A stretch of 64,000 nt of DNA from Octopus sinensis (GCF_006345805.1 NC_043015.1:27590001-27654000), one strand, 5' to 3'. Positions 25,417 to 38,338 are shown, counted from the stretch's first letter. Numbers and translations are program-made. The notes: a model not told the origin generated them from the letters alone.

Positions 25417-26600
25417 ATTAGATTATCCAGAAAGTTCATACCGATTTTTAGTCATTCATGTTCCAACATGTTAGAACATGTCAAATTATCAGCGCCTATA
25501 ATATGCTTACATTACTGGTTAGTGCACACTTCAAACTATCTCTTGAGGAAGTAAGTTTTAAATTACTTAATTTGTGTCAATTTTGCATTCCTATGAAAAT
25601 CGAAGATTATAAAGTGCATCTTAGACACTTGATGTTTTTTTTTATTACTGTAAAAGCAAAAATGCTTCACAAGCAACAAAAAAGATATGTGCTGTGTACT
25701 ATGAAGGTGCTTTAGCTGACAGAACTGTACGGAAGTGGTTCACTAAGTTTAGAGTTGGTGATTGTAGCCTTATTAATGAATGCTCAAGCAGATCCCCTCC
25801 CCACCTTACTCCAAATGACGACCAAATCAAGACATTCATTGCGAATAACCTGCATGGGAATTGGCAGAAGCACTAAAGTTATAAAAATCTACCATCCAAG
25901 TGCACTTAGTGAGGTTTGAATACTCAAATCGCTACGATGTTTGGGTACCACATGATTTGATTGAAAAGAATCTTTCGGATTGCATTTCCGTATGTGATTT
26001 GCTGCATAAATGCAATGAAAATGCACCCTTTTTGAAGCAAATTGTGATGGGTGAGGAAAAATGGATCATTTACAACAATGTTAAGTGAAAAACATCCTGT
26101 AGTAAGCGACATGAGTCGCCTTTAGCCACCCCCAAAAGCAGGTCTTCATCCTAAGAAAGTCATGCTCTGTATCTGATGGGATTGGAAAGGAATCCTGTAC
26201 TATGATTTTCTGCCAAGTAACCAGTTAATTAATTCTGAGAAGTACTACTTGCAACTGGACGATTTAAAAGCAACAATTCAAGAAAAACACCCAGAATTGG
26301 TGAACAAGAAAGGTATTGTTTTCCATCAGGATAATGCCAGACCACACATTTCTTTTTTGTTGCAGCTTGGTTGGGATGTATTACCCCACCAGACATTGCT
26401 CCTTCTGATTTTCATTTCTTCAGATCCTTGCAAAATAATCTAAATTGTAAAAATTTTAGTTCTTTGGGGGACATAAAAAACACCTTAATGAGTTCTTTGC
26501 CAAGAAACCACCAAAATTCTGGGAAGACAGAATCTTTAAGTTGAAGGAAGATGGAGAATGGTTGTGCAACAAAATAGACATATTCAGTTGAATAAATATC
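25417..26600 (+). mobile_element. Degenerate mariner, second subfamily
   Basis: MKIEDYKVHLRHLM, RTVRKWFTKFR, VWVPHDL, GEEKWIIYNN, HPKKVML, HQDNARPH; heavily frameshifted, right TIR not clear. Confidence 0.85.
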
Positions 26601-26614
26601 TCATAAAAACATTT

Positions 26615-26910
26615 GAGCAAGGTCGTTGTCAGTGCTGCTGGACTGGCTCCTGTGCAGGTGGCAGATAAAAAACACCATTTGAGCATGGCCATTGCCAGTA
26701 CCACCTAACTGGCCCTCATGCCGGTGGCACATAAAAGCATCCACTACACTCTCGGAGTGGTTGGCGTTAGGAAGGGCATCCAGCTACAGAAACTCTGCCA
26801 GATCAGATTGGAGCCTGGTGCAGCCATCTGATTCGTGAGTCCTCAAGTCAAATCATCCAACCCATGCTAGCATGGAAAGCGGATGTTAAACGATGATGAT
26901 GATGATGATG
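26615..26910 (+). repeat. Short RTE 3' UTR copy
   Basis: Matches 30860-31101, ending gttaaacgatgatgatg. Confidence 0.75.
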
Positions 26911-26975
26911 CTGGTATAATAATTTTTTTGTTTTTTAATTTCCCTTAAAAATCATCACGAACTTTCCAAACAACC

Positions 26976-27061
<86 letters not shown>

Positions 27062-27094
27062 TATATATATACATGTATATATATATATCATATA

Positions 27095-27410
27095 TATTGT
27101 AGGGTATTTCTAAGGTTTTCAGATGCTTTCTCAGATTGGGTGGTATTGAACCCAATGCTCTGATGATAATAGGGACAACCTTTATGTTTGACTCTCATAG
27201 CTGCCACAACCTAGCTATCTCAATTCTCCATTGATATCAATCTTTTCTCTTTCTTTCATGATAATATGTTGATCTCCTGGCACTCCTAAAGGTTACTATA
27301 TCTGGCCTTCGGTGTCTGTCTGGAAGTCAAAGTCCCAGAGGATTTTTGCCTATTACTCTTTCTGGTGTATGTTGGTACCAAGCACCCATAACCTCATATC
27401 CATACCAATT
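27095..27410 (-). mobile_element. R4/Dong-like LINE C-terminal fragment
   Basis: Broken frames give WYQHTPE, RPDIV and VVPIIIRALGSIPPNLRKHL (restriction-like endonuclease region). Confidence 0.65.
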
Positions 27411-28494
27411 TGTTTTTTGTACGTACCTGTTGCTTAAATAAAAATTTTCAACTGGATCTCTGGAAGATTTGAAGCCACCACCTATGTGTTACTACTTCTC
27501 AACACCCATGTCTACTGGGCCACCAAAGCAGCAACAAGCTTAATGAAAAAATTAAGATACTTAAATTTGATGCACGTGTCAAGCAAGTGAGAGAGGAAGT
27601 GAGAGAGAAAGAGAGAGAATGAGAGGGAATGGCTGATAGGTATTTGAATTCCTTTCTACGATTGAACTGAAATTGACCCCTGGCTATTAAATCACACATA
27701 CACACTCACACGCACACACACATTTGTTTTAGATATTCTACTCATTTGAATTCAGTCATACACTAGATAATATGTTAAGTCTTATGTTCCAAAATTTAAA
27801 TTTTAAATTTTTTTTAATTATAAAATTACACCTCAGCTAAAAAACATCTTTTGGCTTTCAAATACAAGATCTCTTTCTATATTTTTTGTTGAGTTACAAT
27901 TTCTCTGTTTTGGTCAGGATTTTTCCAATTCATTTTTCTTGCATAATATGAGAGAGATTTGGTTGTTATTTCTAGCAAATTAACAACCACACAGAGTAGT
28001 TCAATTGGCTCATAACGAAACACACACACACACACACACATATGAATGTATGAGTTTTTGCATGTGTGTGTGTGTGTGTGTGTGCAATAATAAGTGTCAC
28101 ATGGTGGGAATAAATGCAACTTCCTCTTTCTATATTTTTTGTTAAGTTTTGGTCAGGATTTTTCCAATTCTTTTTTCTTGTATCAAGCAACTGACGAAAG
28201 CATTTAAAAAAATTAAATTCATTGAGCCAAACAAAATCAAAAATATTAATTCTATATTTCCTTTTACTTTTTACTTTCCTACAATGTAATTAATTACTGT
28301 ATCCTATATACTGTGTCCTTGTATATTAGTTGAGTATTTCAGAAATATTCTCACCTTTTAAACAAAAACTGCCTAATACATTCATATATATTTTTCAATT
28401 GAAACACTTTGAATCATTTTGGAGATTTATTGTTTTAATAACAAGTTTTAAAATATGGGTAATCGCATGAGGGATGCACCATAAGAGTGTCAGC

Positions 28495-28760
28495 ATAGAA
28501 GGAGAGAATGCTTGCATAAGGAACAAGGGGAGGAAATAAGAAATCAAAATCATGCGAGGATGAGACAGAGAAGAAATGAAATAAGCCAAGAGGAGGAGGA
28601 GCATATCCTATGGCATAGGAGGGAAAGAAATCAGCAAAGGATAGAACAAATGAGCCAAGACCAAAGAAAAGTGTATTTTCAAAATAAGAGAGATAGAGAT
28701 CAACATAATCAAGGACACATGAATCAAGAGCAAAAGCAACTTAGAAAATATGAGAAACAG
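28495..28760 (+). pseudogene. 23-aa periodic Arg/Glu/Gln-rich peptide (STPR-like; possible Helitron RepHel N-terminus)
   Basis: LHKEQGEEIRNQNHARMRQRRNE / ISQEEEEHILWHRRERNQQRIEQ / MSQDQRKVYFQNKRDRDQHNQGH / MNQEQ...; each complete unit is 23 aa. Confidence 0.4.
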
Positions 28761-28857
28761 AGCTGGATCTCCTTCAGCATACCAGCAAATCAAAAAATTG
28801 CACCAGCCACCATCTCCAAGTGTGTCATATATATATATGTGTGTATATATATATATA

Positions 28858-29016
28858 TCATCATCATCATCATCATCATCATTTAGCGTCCGTTTTCCAT
28901 GCTAACATGGGTTGGACGGTTCAACTGGGGTCTGGGGAGCCCGAAGGCTGCACCAGGCCAGTCAGATCTGGCAGTGTTTCTACAGCTGGATGCCCTTCCT
29001 AACGCCAACCACTCCG
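28858..29016 (-). repeat. Truncated RTE 3' UTR copy
   Basis: (TCA)n-tttagcgtccgttttccatgc...gatgcccttcctaacgccaacc. Confidence 0.7.
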
Positions 29017-29121
29017 AGATATATATATGTATGTATATATATATACATATATTATATATAACATATATATATATATATGTATAATATATATATATATATA
29101 TGTGTATATATATTATATATG

Positions 29122-29191
<70 letters not shown>

Positions 29192-29206
29192 CATATGTGT
29201 ATGTGT

Positions 29207-29332
29207 TAAATAAACTGAGACAACGAATCCAAGGCTGCCTGGAATTTTCAGGACATTTCTCTTTCTCTTTATGTATGTCCTGAAAGCTCCACACATCCTT
29301 GGCTTTGTTGTCTCATTTTATTTAACATTTAC
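29207..29332. repeat. ~125-bp hairpin (MITE-like)
   Basis: taaataaactgagacaacgaatccaagg pairs with ccttggctttgttgtctcattttattta; inner tttcaggacat pairs with atgtcctgaaa. Confidence 0.6.
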
Positions 29333-29404
29333 ATGCTCATACAAGGCCTGCATTAGACTCCTCACTTGTATCATTATCAAACCAAGAGTTTAACTACAGT
29401 CCTT

Positions 29405-31101
29405 CCATAGCACTTACATAGAGTTAGAAGTTGGCATCCACCCAGGTTCAGCCTTCAGTCCCCTTTTAGTCATCATAGTCCTTCAGGCAATAACAGAGGA
29501 ATTCAAGATGAGTTACCCCTGGGAGCTTCTCTATGCTGATGACCTAGCCCTCATAGCAGAATCACTACCGGAACTAGAGAAGAAATTTCACGTGTGAAAG
29601 CTAGGTTTAGAATCAAAAGGCCTTAGAGTCAATGTATCAAAGACCAAAGTTCTAGTAAGTAGGAAGGCAAACTCACCACACACCCCTTCAGGTAGGTGAC
29701 CCTGCTCGATCTGTAGAAAAGGTGTGGGTAGAAACTCCATAAGATGTACCCAGTGTAAGCTATGGAAACCTAAGAGGTGCAACAACATTAAAGGAAAATT
29801 AACCGAGAAGATAGATTTCGTGTGCAGCAGATGCACAGGGGCAATAGACACCACTGATACTCAGAAAACAGATTCCATTACACTCCAGGGGAAGAAACTA
29901 GAAGTAGTTGGTAGTTTCTGCTACCTAAGTGACCAAGTTAGTAGCGGGGGTGGATGCTCAGAGAGTGTTACCACTAGAATAAGAATAGCCTGGGCAAAGT
30001 TTAGAAAGCTTCTTCCCCTACTGACGACAAAGGATTTCTCACTCAGAGTGAAAGGTAGATTGTACAACGCATGTGTGTGAACTGCCATGCTTCACGGCAG
30101 TGAAACATGGGCTGTGACTGTGGAGGACATGCGTAGGCTTGAAAGAAATGAAGCTAGCATGATCCACTGGATGTGTAATGGCAGTGTCCATGCATGACAG
30201 AGTGTAAGCGCCCTGAGAGAAATGTTGGACATAAGAAGCATCGGATGCAGTGTGCAGGAGAGACGTTTGCATTGGTATGGTCATGTACTACAGATGGATG
30301 AGGAGAGATGTGTGAAGAAGTGCCACTCCCAAACTGTTGAAGGAATCCAGGGTAGAGGTAGACCCAGGAAGACATGGGACGAGATGGTCAAGCATGACCT
30401 TCGTACATTGGGCCTCACAGAGGCTATGATGAAAGACCGAGACCTATGGAGATATGCTGTGACTTCGAAGACCTGACAAATGAAGTGAGTTCATGGCTCG
30501 CAGGACGGCCTGCTGTGCTAACCTTGGATCGTAGGGTGACCTGCTGTGCTTGAGGAAACCTATTGTGTCAAGTACATCAACATCAAAATAAAAATCAAAT
30601 GGATATTGTAGTTGTGATACCCATGCCGGTGGCACATTGGGCCTCACAGAGGAAATGACGAAGACCGAGACCTCTGAGATATGCTGTGACTGCGAAAACC
30701 TGACAAATGAAGTGAGTTCATGGCTCGCAGGACAGCCTGCTGTGCTAACCTTGGATCGTAGAGTGACCCACTGTTCTCGAGGAGACCTATTGAGTTACGT
30801 ACGTCAACACCAACATCAAAATAAAAATCAAAAAAAAAGATACCCGTGCTGGTGGCATGTAAAAAGCACCATCTGAACCTAGCTAATGCCAGCGCCGCCT
30901 GACTGGCGTCCGTGTTGGTGACACATAAAAAGCACCCACTACACACACAGGGTGGTTGGCATTAGGAAGGGCATCCAACTGTAGAAACTCTGCCAGATCA
31001 GACTGGAGCCTGGCGCAGCCTCCTGGCTTCCCAGACCCCGGTCGAACTGTCCAACCCATGCTAGCATGGAAAACGGACGTTAAACGATGATGATGATGAT
31101 A
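29405..31101 (+). mobile_element. 5'-truncated RTE-clade LINE with a PHD-like finger in RT and a duplicated 3' region
   Basis: VGIHPGSAFSPLL, WELLYADDL, CSIC...CTQC...C...CSRC, FCYLSD, RRLHWYGHV, GRGRPRKTW; (GAT)n tail. Confidence 0.9.
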
Positions 31102-31119
31102 TATTTATATATACGTATG

Positions 31120-31178
<59 letters not shown>

Positions 31179-31179
31179 C

Positions 31180-31245
<66 letters not shown>

Positions 31246-31944
31246 CATATATATATATGTATATATATATACATATATATGTATATATGTATGTGTATAT
31301 ATATATGTATATATGTGTATATATGTATGTGTATATATATATATGTATATATGTGTATATATATATATGTATATATGTGTATAAAAAAAATTTGCTTTAC
31401 CACATACCGAACTTTTAGAAATAGCCACCAAAAAATTTAGCTATTTCTTCTACTATAAGAAGAGCCTCCCAGACTCAAATGACTGAAACAAGCAAAAGAA
31501 TAAAAGAATAAAATGTTCCATACCACTAAACCAAGAAAGTTCTTTGAATATGTACGATGTATTTTAAGATGTATTTTAAGCAGTAATTCTGTTTACATTT
31601 TGGTTGGATTATATAGTTATCAGTTTTACATTTCTTTCTGTTTTCTACAAAGTCTGAAATTTTGGTGGGGAGGGAGCTAGACAATTAGATCGATCTAATA
31701 TGTAACTGGTAGTTAATTTATCAACCCTGAAAGGATGAAAGCAAAGTCGACCTTGGCAGAATTTGAACTCATAATGTAAAGATAGACGAAATACCGCAAA
31801 GCATTTCACCCGGTGTGCTAATGATATTGCCAGCTTGTTACCTTAGCTGTCACAATATAGAAACATTTCTCATGGCATCAGCACACAATTTACAGATGCT
31901 TACATTTTTCATATTTTCCATGAATTTTTCACATGTCCAGCTAG

Positions 31945-33850
31945 TTATTATTATTATTGTTGTTCAGTAGTTTTATTTTTATAGTGTGCTTTCATTTCAC
32001 TACGGAGCGCAGCTCTGTGTGCCTTGGGTATGTGCTGTGATTTGTTGTGATGCTCTGATGGTTACTGTATTGAAAATGTTCTGCGTAGGATGTGTGCAGT
32101 GCCTAGTAGTGCAATTTTCTGTATGTTATATGTGTAAGTCCTGGTGCTTTATGTATTTGTCTGAATATGTTTTATCATGCCTACTATGATAGGAATTGTT
32201 TCTGTTTTTAGATTCCACATTCTAGTTATCTCTATTTCCAGGTCTTTGTATTTTGAAAGTTTCTCCATTTCTTTTAGAGAAATGTTGTCATCTGCTGGTA
32301 TTGATACATCAATTAGAAAGCACTTTTGTTCTTCATGATCTCTGACAACTATATCTGGTCTGTTGGCTTTAATTTCTCTATCTGTGTGTATGGGCATATC
32401 CCAAAGTATGGTTGCTTTCTCGTTTTCTGTGACCTTTTCTGATGTGTGTCATCTTTTTTCTGTTGTTATTCCATAATGTTGGCATAGCTTCCAGTGTATG
32501 TAGGTCCCAACTCTGTCGTGTTTGTGAATATATTCCTTCTTAGCCAGGACTGGGCAGCCAGAGATCATATGATTTATTGTTTCTTGTCCATCTCCACATA
32601 TTCTGCAGTTACTTGTTATATTTCTTTTCATTATATGTTTTTGGTAGTTTCTGGTGGGGAGGCTTTGGTCTTGTGCTGCAATTAAAAATCCCTCTGTCTC
32701 TGCTTTGAGTTCTGAGCTTCTCAACCATTGCTGGGATTTTTCTTTGTTTATTTCTTTTGCATTTAGTTTAGTCCAGTATTTGCCATGAAGGGGCTTTTCT
32801 TGCCATCGTTTTATCATGGTCCGTTGCTGTTCTAGTTTTAGTTTGGATTTCATTTGTTTTATAGCTTTTGTTGTGTCTTCTTCTTCTTCTTCTTCTTCTT
32901 CTTCTTCTTCTTCTTTTTCTTCTTCTTCTTCTTCTTCTTCTTCTTCTCTTCTTCTTCTTCTTCTTCTTCTTCTTCTTCTTCTTCTTCTTCATTTAGCGTC
33001 CAGTTAAGGATATTGTAGCTGTAACTTATAACTGGAACGGCTAAAGTTTTAATACCTATTATCTTATTTTTAGCATTGAACTCTGTTTTTAGTATTGATC
33101 TAACTCGTCTATAGTATTCTTTCTTTATTTTCTCTTTCATTTGTGTGTTGTGTCTTATCTAGTTCATGTATTCCTAAATATTTGTAAGTTTGGCTTTGGT
33201 CTAATTCTCTTATTTCATTGGCTTTATCTAGTGTGATGTTGCTACTCTTGACTAGTTTTCCTCTTTTCAGGGTTACTTTGGTGCATTTTTCTAATCCAAA
33301 TTCATATCTATTTCTTTGGTAAATCCATGAACTGTCTTTAGTAGTGTTTCCAGCTGTTTGTCATTTGTAGCGTATGTTTTAGGTCATCCATATATAAAAG
33401 GTGGCTGATCGTTTTGCCGTAACATTTATATCCACATCCAGTTCTATTTAGCATATCAGATAGAGGTGACAGTGCCAAGCAGAAAAGGAGTGGAGAGAAC
33501 GTGTCTCCCTGGAATATTCCTCTTCTAATGGGGATGGCTTTGGTTTTTACGAGTCTCTCTTTTGTTTGGAGCTGTAGCAGTGTCTGCCATTTACTCATAG
33601 AGTGTCCTATGTATTTTATAATTGTTGGTGCTACCTTGTTAATGGCTAGTGTTTCGAGGATCCATGTGTGGGGAATGCTATCAAATGCCTTTCGGTAGTC
33701 AATCCAGGCCATACTGAGGCCTTTCTTCTTTCTGTGCCTGTCTTCATTGGTCATTAGTTGATCTTTACAGCCATATGAGCCTTTGCGGCATCCTTTCTGC
33801 TCCTCTGGAAACAGGTTGTTTTCGTCCAGGTGTTTGTTCAATCTTTATGT
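31945..33850 (-). mobile_element. R4/Dong-like LINE copy 1 (RT to RLE, 5'-truncated)
   Basis: EQKGCR, WIDYRKAFDS, GIFQGDTFSPLLF, HLLYMDDLK, CRICG...HMISGC, RPDIVVRD...LIDVSIP; (TAA)n tail. Confidence 0.9.
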
Positions 33851-34347
33851 TATTACTGCAGTAAATGCTTTTAGAACCCTCTTGATAATCTTTGCTGTTC
33901 TTACGAGACAAACTTTCTGTAGCAGCTCTACTGAGCATTCTATTCTAATCTCCTACATACATTCGTCAATATTTGTGTTTACTGTACCCAATGCACCAAT
34001 TATTATAGGCACAATCTTTACTGTTCTCAAGCTCCAAATTCTTCCTATTTCAAATTTTAAGGGATTGTATTGTTTTTTTTTTTAGTTTTCTGTCCTCTTT
34101 CTTTCTGATCCTGTAAGAAAGCAGGCATGATGGATTGACCACTAAACAACTTCACTTTTCATTATCTATGATTGTTATGCCCAGTCTATTATTTTCTAAC
34201 ATTTTGTCCCACAAAATCTTACATTTCTCCAACTCCAGTTCTCTTTTAACTGGATGATTGTACCATGTGTTTCCAGCTTCAAATCCTCATTTCTGGTACA
34301 GTTTCCAATGTAAAACATTTACAACCTGGTCATAACTCCATTTCTTA
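33851..34347 (-). mobile_element. R4/Dong-like LINE copy 2, 3' part
   Basis: Manual translation KKWSYDQVVNVLHWKL...KCKILWD...IVPIIIGALG...KIIKRVL. Confidence 0.75.
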
Positions 34348-37300
34348 TAATAATAATAATAATAATAATATAATAATAATAATGAAATTATTGTATACAG
34401 TGCTCAGGTGCACCACAACTTGTCAAAAGTGCATATAAAGTATATGCAGTAATGTACAAATGTCTGGAAAGCGGACAGTGTATGAGTCAGATACATGCTT
34501 GCATGTGTATGGAGGGGGGAAAATCAGGTGTAGTGTTGGCGAATCTCAGGAAGCATGGAAGTTTTGAAGGATGCAGTGCTCCAACAACTAACAATTGATG
34601 CCGGTAGTCTGTTCCATGCTTCAGCAACTCTTAGCATGAAAAAATGTTTCCGAAAGTCTTGGAAGCTGTGCTGTTTTCTGACTTTGCAAACATGTCCACG
34701 GGTGTTAGACAGGTGGAGTTTGAAAAGGTACTCAGAGTTATTGTTTGTAAGATGGTTAATAATTTTATGGGTGTCTGCCAAGTCAGCTGCCAGATGTCGG
34801 AGTTTCAATGTGTCCATGCCAAGGACTGAAGTAAGGCATTCAGAATATGGCAAATGCCTGATGGAGGGTATTCTCTTGGTTGCACGTCACAGAATGGCTT
34901 CCAGATGATTAATATCCTGGGCAAGATAGGGGTTCCAGACCGGTGATGCAAATTCCAGGTGAGGTCGTACCATAGCTATATAAAGCCACAGATAAATAGC
35001 CAGAGAGTGGCTCACAAAGGACTTGGTGAGTGATGCCAAGACACCCTCAGCCTTCTTGGCAATTTTAGCGATGTGTTTTGTCCAACGCAAATCGCTGTCG
35101 ACAATAACACCCAGGTCACGTTCACATGAAGACTTTTTGAGATTAGTGTTGTAGAGGGAGTAGGTAGACGCTGTTTTTCCTCCCAAAATGCATGGTGGTA
35201 CATTTGTCCACAGCCAGCTTGAGTTGTCAGTTCATGATCCACTGCTGCATTGTGTCCAGGTCTGCTTGCAATAGAGATCTATAGTGTACAGGATCTGACC
35301 TCTTTATTTCGAGATACAGCTTGATGTCATCTGCATATTTCAGCACTGTGGCATTCTTTAAGTTGGCATCTATGTCATTAACATATACAACAAATAAAAG
35401 GGGACCAAGAACAGATCCCTATGGTACACCATAGGATGAAGAATGCTGTCCTAGAACTGTGACAACCTCTTTTCGGCCGATAATAAAGGACTTCAACCAG
35501 TTATAGAGATCGTCTCTTACACCCATCACAGAGTTTCACCATAAGTCTTTTGTGTGGCACAGAATTAAAAGCCTTAGCAAAGTCCAGGTAAACAACATCC
35601 ACCCAGGATCTGCGATTAGGGATTTGGGTAATGTCCTCAAGAAACTCGATGAGTTGATTACAGCAGCTGGAGTTAGGAATAAAACCAAATTGTGATGGCT
35701 GGATGAGGCTGTGAGACTTCCAGAAGTTCCAGAGGGTTTCCCTGACACAGGATTCCATCAGTTTGGCGATGCAGCTAGTAAGACTAAGGGAGCGATAGTT
35801 AGCTGGCGATGTGCGGTCACCTTTTTTGAACAGAGGGATAACACTGGCACTTTTCCACTGCTCTGGAGTAACACCATTGTCAAGACAGAATTGGAAGAAT
35901 AGTGAAAGTTGGTTTAGAAGAATGTACCCATCGCGTTTGAGAAGTAGGTATGTAACACCATCGAGACCAGGAGAGGCACAGTTACGTTTATTCTTAAGGT
36001 GGCGTTGTAGCATTGCTGGTGTAAATTTCATAGTAGTTATGGAGTTCGGTGTCAGTGGTGATGGAGATGGAACATTTTGATCTTCGACAGTAAAGATACC
36101 TGCATAGCATCCAGCAATGATTTCTGCACATTCTTTGGGATTGCCAGTAATCTGCCCTGAGTGGGGATTGCAAAGGGGACCAACTGGAAAGTGAGGTCTC
36201 TGCTTTGAGTGTACATACTTCCAGAACACTTTGCTGTCAAGGTTGGTTGCTATGCGCTGTTCGAATTCAAGCACTGCCTTTTTTGTCACCTGCTTGAGAT
36301 GGTTGGCTGATCTGTTGCGCTTTTTCCTGTTGATCTCTGATTTGTGCAATTTGTATTCCTGTTCAGCATTACGGCGTTCTTTTCTGGCAAGTCGGACTGC
36401 TGCAGTCTCCCAAATTGCACTATTGGGTGGTTTTCTGTGCTTGTGTGGTACCAATGCTGCACATGCCGCCCATATTGAATTCAGAATGTTCTGAAGTATA
36501 GTGTTCACATCTCCAGAGGCATAAAATTAGAGCCAGTTTGGGCGTCGCAGCTCCGTACAATAAGAGCTCCAGTCTGCTTTATTCCAGTCAAAACGGGGAG
36601 TTTGAAGATGGTTGTGGTTTTTGTTCCAACCAATCATAGACAAGTCGGCCATGATCATGGAATGATCAGAGTCACCTAAAGGTTCTTCAGTAGTGACACT
36701 AATAATTGTTTCGGAAGAAGCGGTAAGTAGCAGATCCAAAGTGTTGTTACCCCTTGTGGGGGAGGTAACGACTTGGGACCAATTTGAATTCAGCATCAGT
36801 TCAAGGAAATCATCTGCACTTTGCGGCCAACGGAAGGCCTCCCAGTCAATCTCAGAGAAATTGAAGTCACCCACAATATAAACATAAGTGGGTGTTTTCC
36901 TGGTAGCAGCTCTGAGGATATCAAAAAGTTGTGTGTCTTGACAATAATTTGGGCGGAGTGGGGGGGTGTAAACAACTCCAAGCAGAAGTGTTGACATGGT
37001 CATGTGTATATTGCAGAAAATTACTTCCTACTGAGATTGGTTCAAATCATCACAAGGAATTGCCGATAGATTTGATTGAACATAAACTATCACACCCCCA
37101 CTATGGCGATTAATGCAGTATTTGCGGAACAGGTTGTAGCCGGCTATGCTGAAAACCCCATCACAGAGTGCAGAATGTGCCCATGTTTCCGTGACTGTGA
37201 TGAAATCTGGGTCGATACTTTTGACGTAAAAGTCAAAAAGATGTACCTTGTTGCATAAACTACAGGGATTCAAAGACAGCAGTTTGTATCTGGATTTCAG

Positions 37301-37620
37301 ATGGCGATGATATACAGGGGATGGCTGATTGTTCTTGTTTAGTTTCCCATGATTTTTGTATTGCCAGTTGTTGTTGTGGGTGCAGTTTGCTCAGTCCAAC
37401 TGATATCCCTTATCCACGACTCACCGACTTGATAAATTTCAATATTTGCCCATCATCACGTAGGCTAAAGCTTTCCTGTGGCACAGAGTTGTGACTTAGG
37501 GAAGCTACAGATCTTAGCTTTGGGCGTACATCAGGTGGTAGGCCAGGACGTGTCCTAAAGGTAATTCTGTTTTCGCGCCGAGCCCTCTCAGCAGCTAGAT
37601 GGTATGCCCGCACCTCAGTT
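34348..37620 (-). mobile_element. CR1-clade LINE (ORF1 end, APE-RT ORF2, (ATT)n tail)
   Basis: VTETW, VYIVGDFN, GDSDH, SPGLDG, WKSASVIPLFKKG, QFGF, YLDFAKAFNSV, YADD, RPHLEFASPVWNP, LRVAEAWNRLP. Confidence 0.92.
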
Positions 37621-38268
37621 TCCTGTACCAATTTGGGGTATTCTGCCAAAATGTGTGCCACCGTCTCATTCCAAGTTCCATAGGCTCTACATTTTTCTGA
37701 CACATTCTCTCCATATATATATTTTCTCAAGTTGTTTTAATTACTTGATCTTAGGCTGCCACAATTAGGCTCTCCATTTCTTTTTTTAATTGTCCCATTT
37801 TTAAACAAACCCAGGATTTTGTTCCACATACATCTTCAGTGGATCTCCAAAATTGGCCATGCAAGGGTTTCTCTTCAATCTGTCAGACATGCTCTCTTTG
37901 TATTTCATTCTTGTCTGTTTCTCCTATAATATGCTTGATCATCTATTTTATATTTACTGCCTTTGGTAGTTTTTCTAGGCTGCTCTGTAAATACTCTACT
38001 AGGCTTTTTCTTTTTATCTATACACATTCTTCTACTGCTATTAAACCTCTTTCACCCTGGTCTCTCCTCAAGTACAGCCAGTGGGTTCCATATATTGTCA
38101 ACTATTTCCTAGTTTTTCTGTCAAGTTTCTTGTATAGTTTTTGGTCCAGTCTATAATTCCAACTCTATGTCTGATTTTGAGTACTGCTCTTGAAATTATT
38201 GCTTCAATAAAATTTTTTGAATTCAGTTTTGACTGCAATAATTTTCTTACTCTACTTGTGTACTCCCT
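37621..38268 (-). mobile_element. R4/Dong-like LINE copy 2, 5' part
   Basis: EKCRAYGTWNETVAHILAEYPKLVQ decayed CCHC motif ends at the CR1 junction; (TAA)n/(GAA)n lies upstream at 38270-38338. Confidence 0.7.
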
Positions 38269-38295
38269 ATATTCTTCTTCTTCTTCTTCTTCTTC

Positions 38296-38338
<43 letters not shown>

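Noticed and set aside
29530-29545. CTGATGA motifs at ~29536, 18105, 18370, 21223, 27157, 62164 and 62770
   Set aside because: They fall in transposon coding sequence (e.g. YADD) or SINE bodies and lack a correctly placed stem II-GAAA-stem III-UH-stem I.
32768-33140. Poly-K/R/E/S ORFs, and poly-M/I ORFs at 45963-46352
   Set aside because: Trinucleotide repeat expansions inside transposon remnants.
37410-37730. 106-aa ORF that looks like a novel protein
   Set aside because: Chance in-frame fusion across the Dong/CR1 insertion junction.
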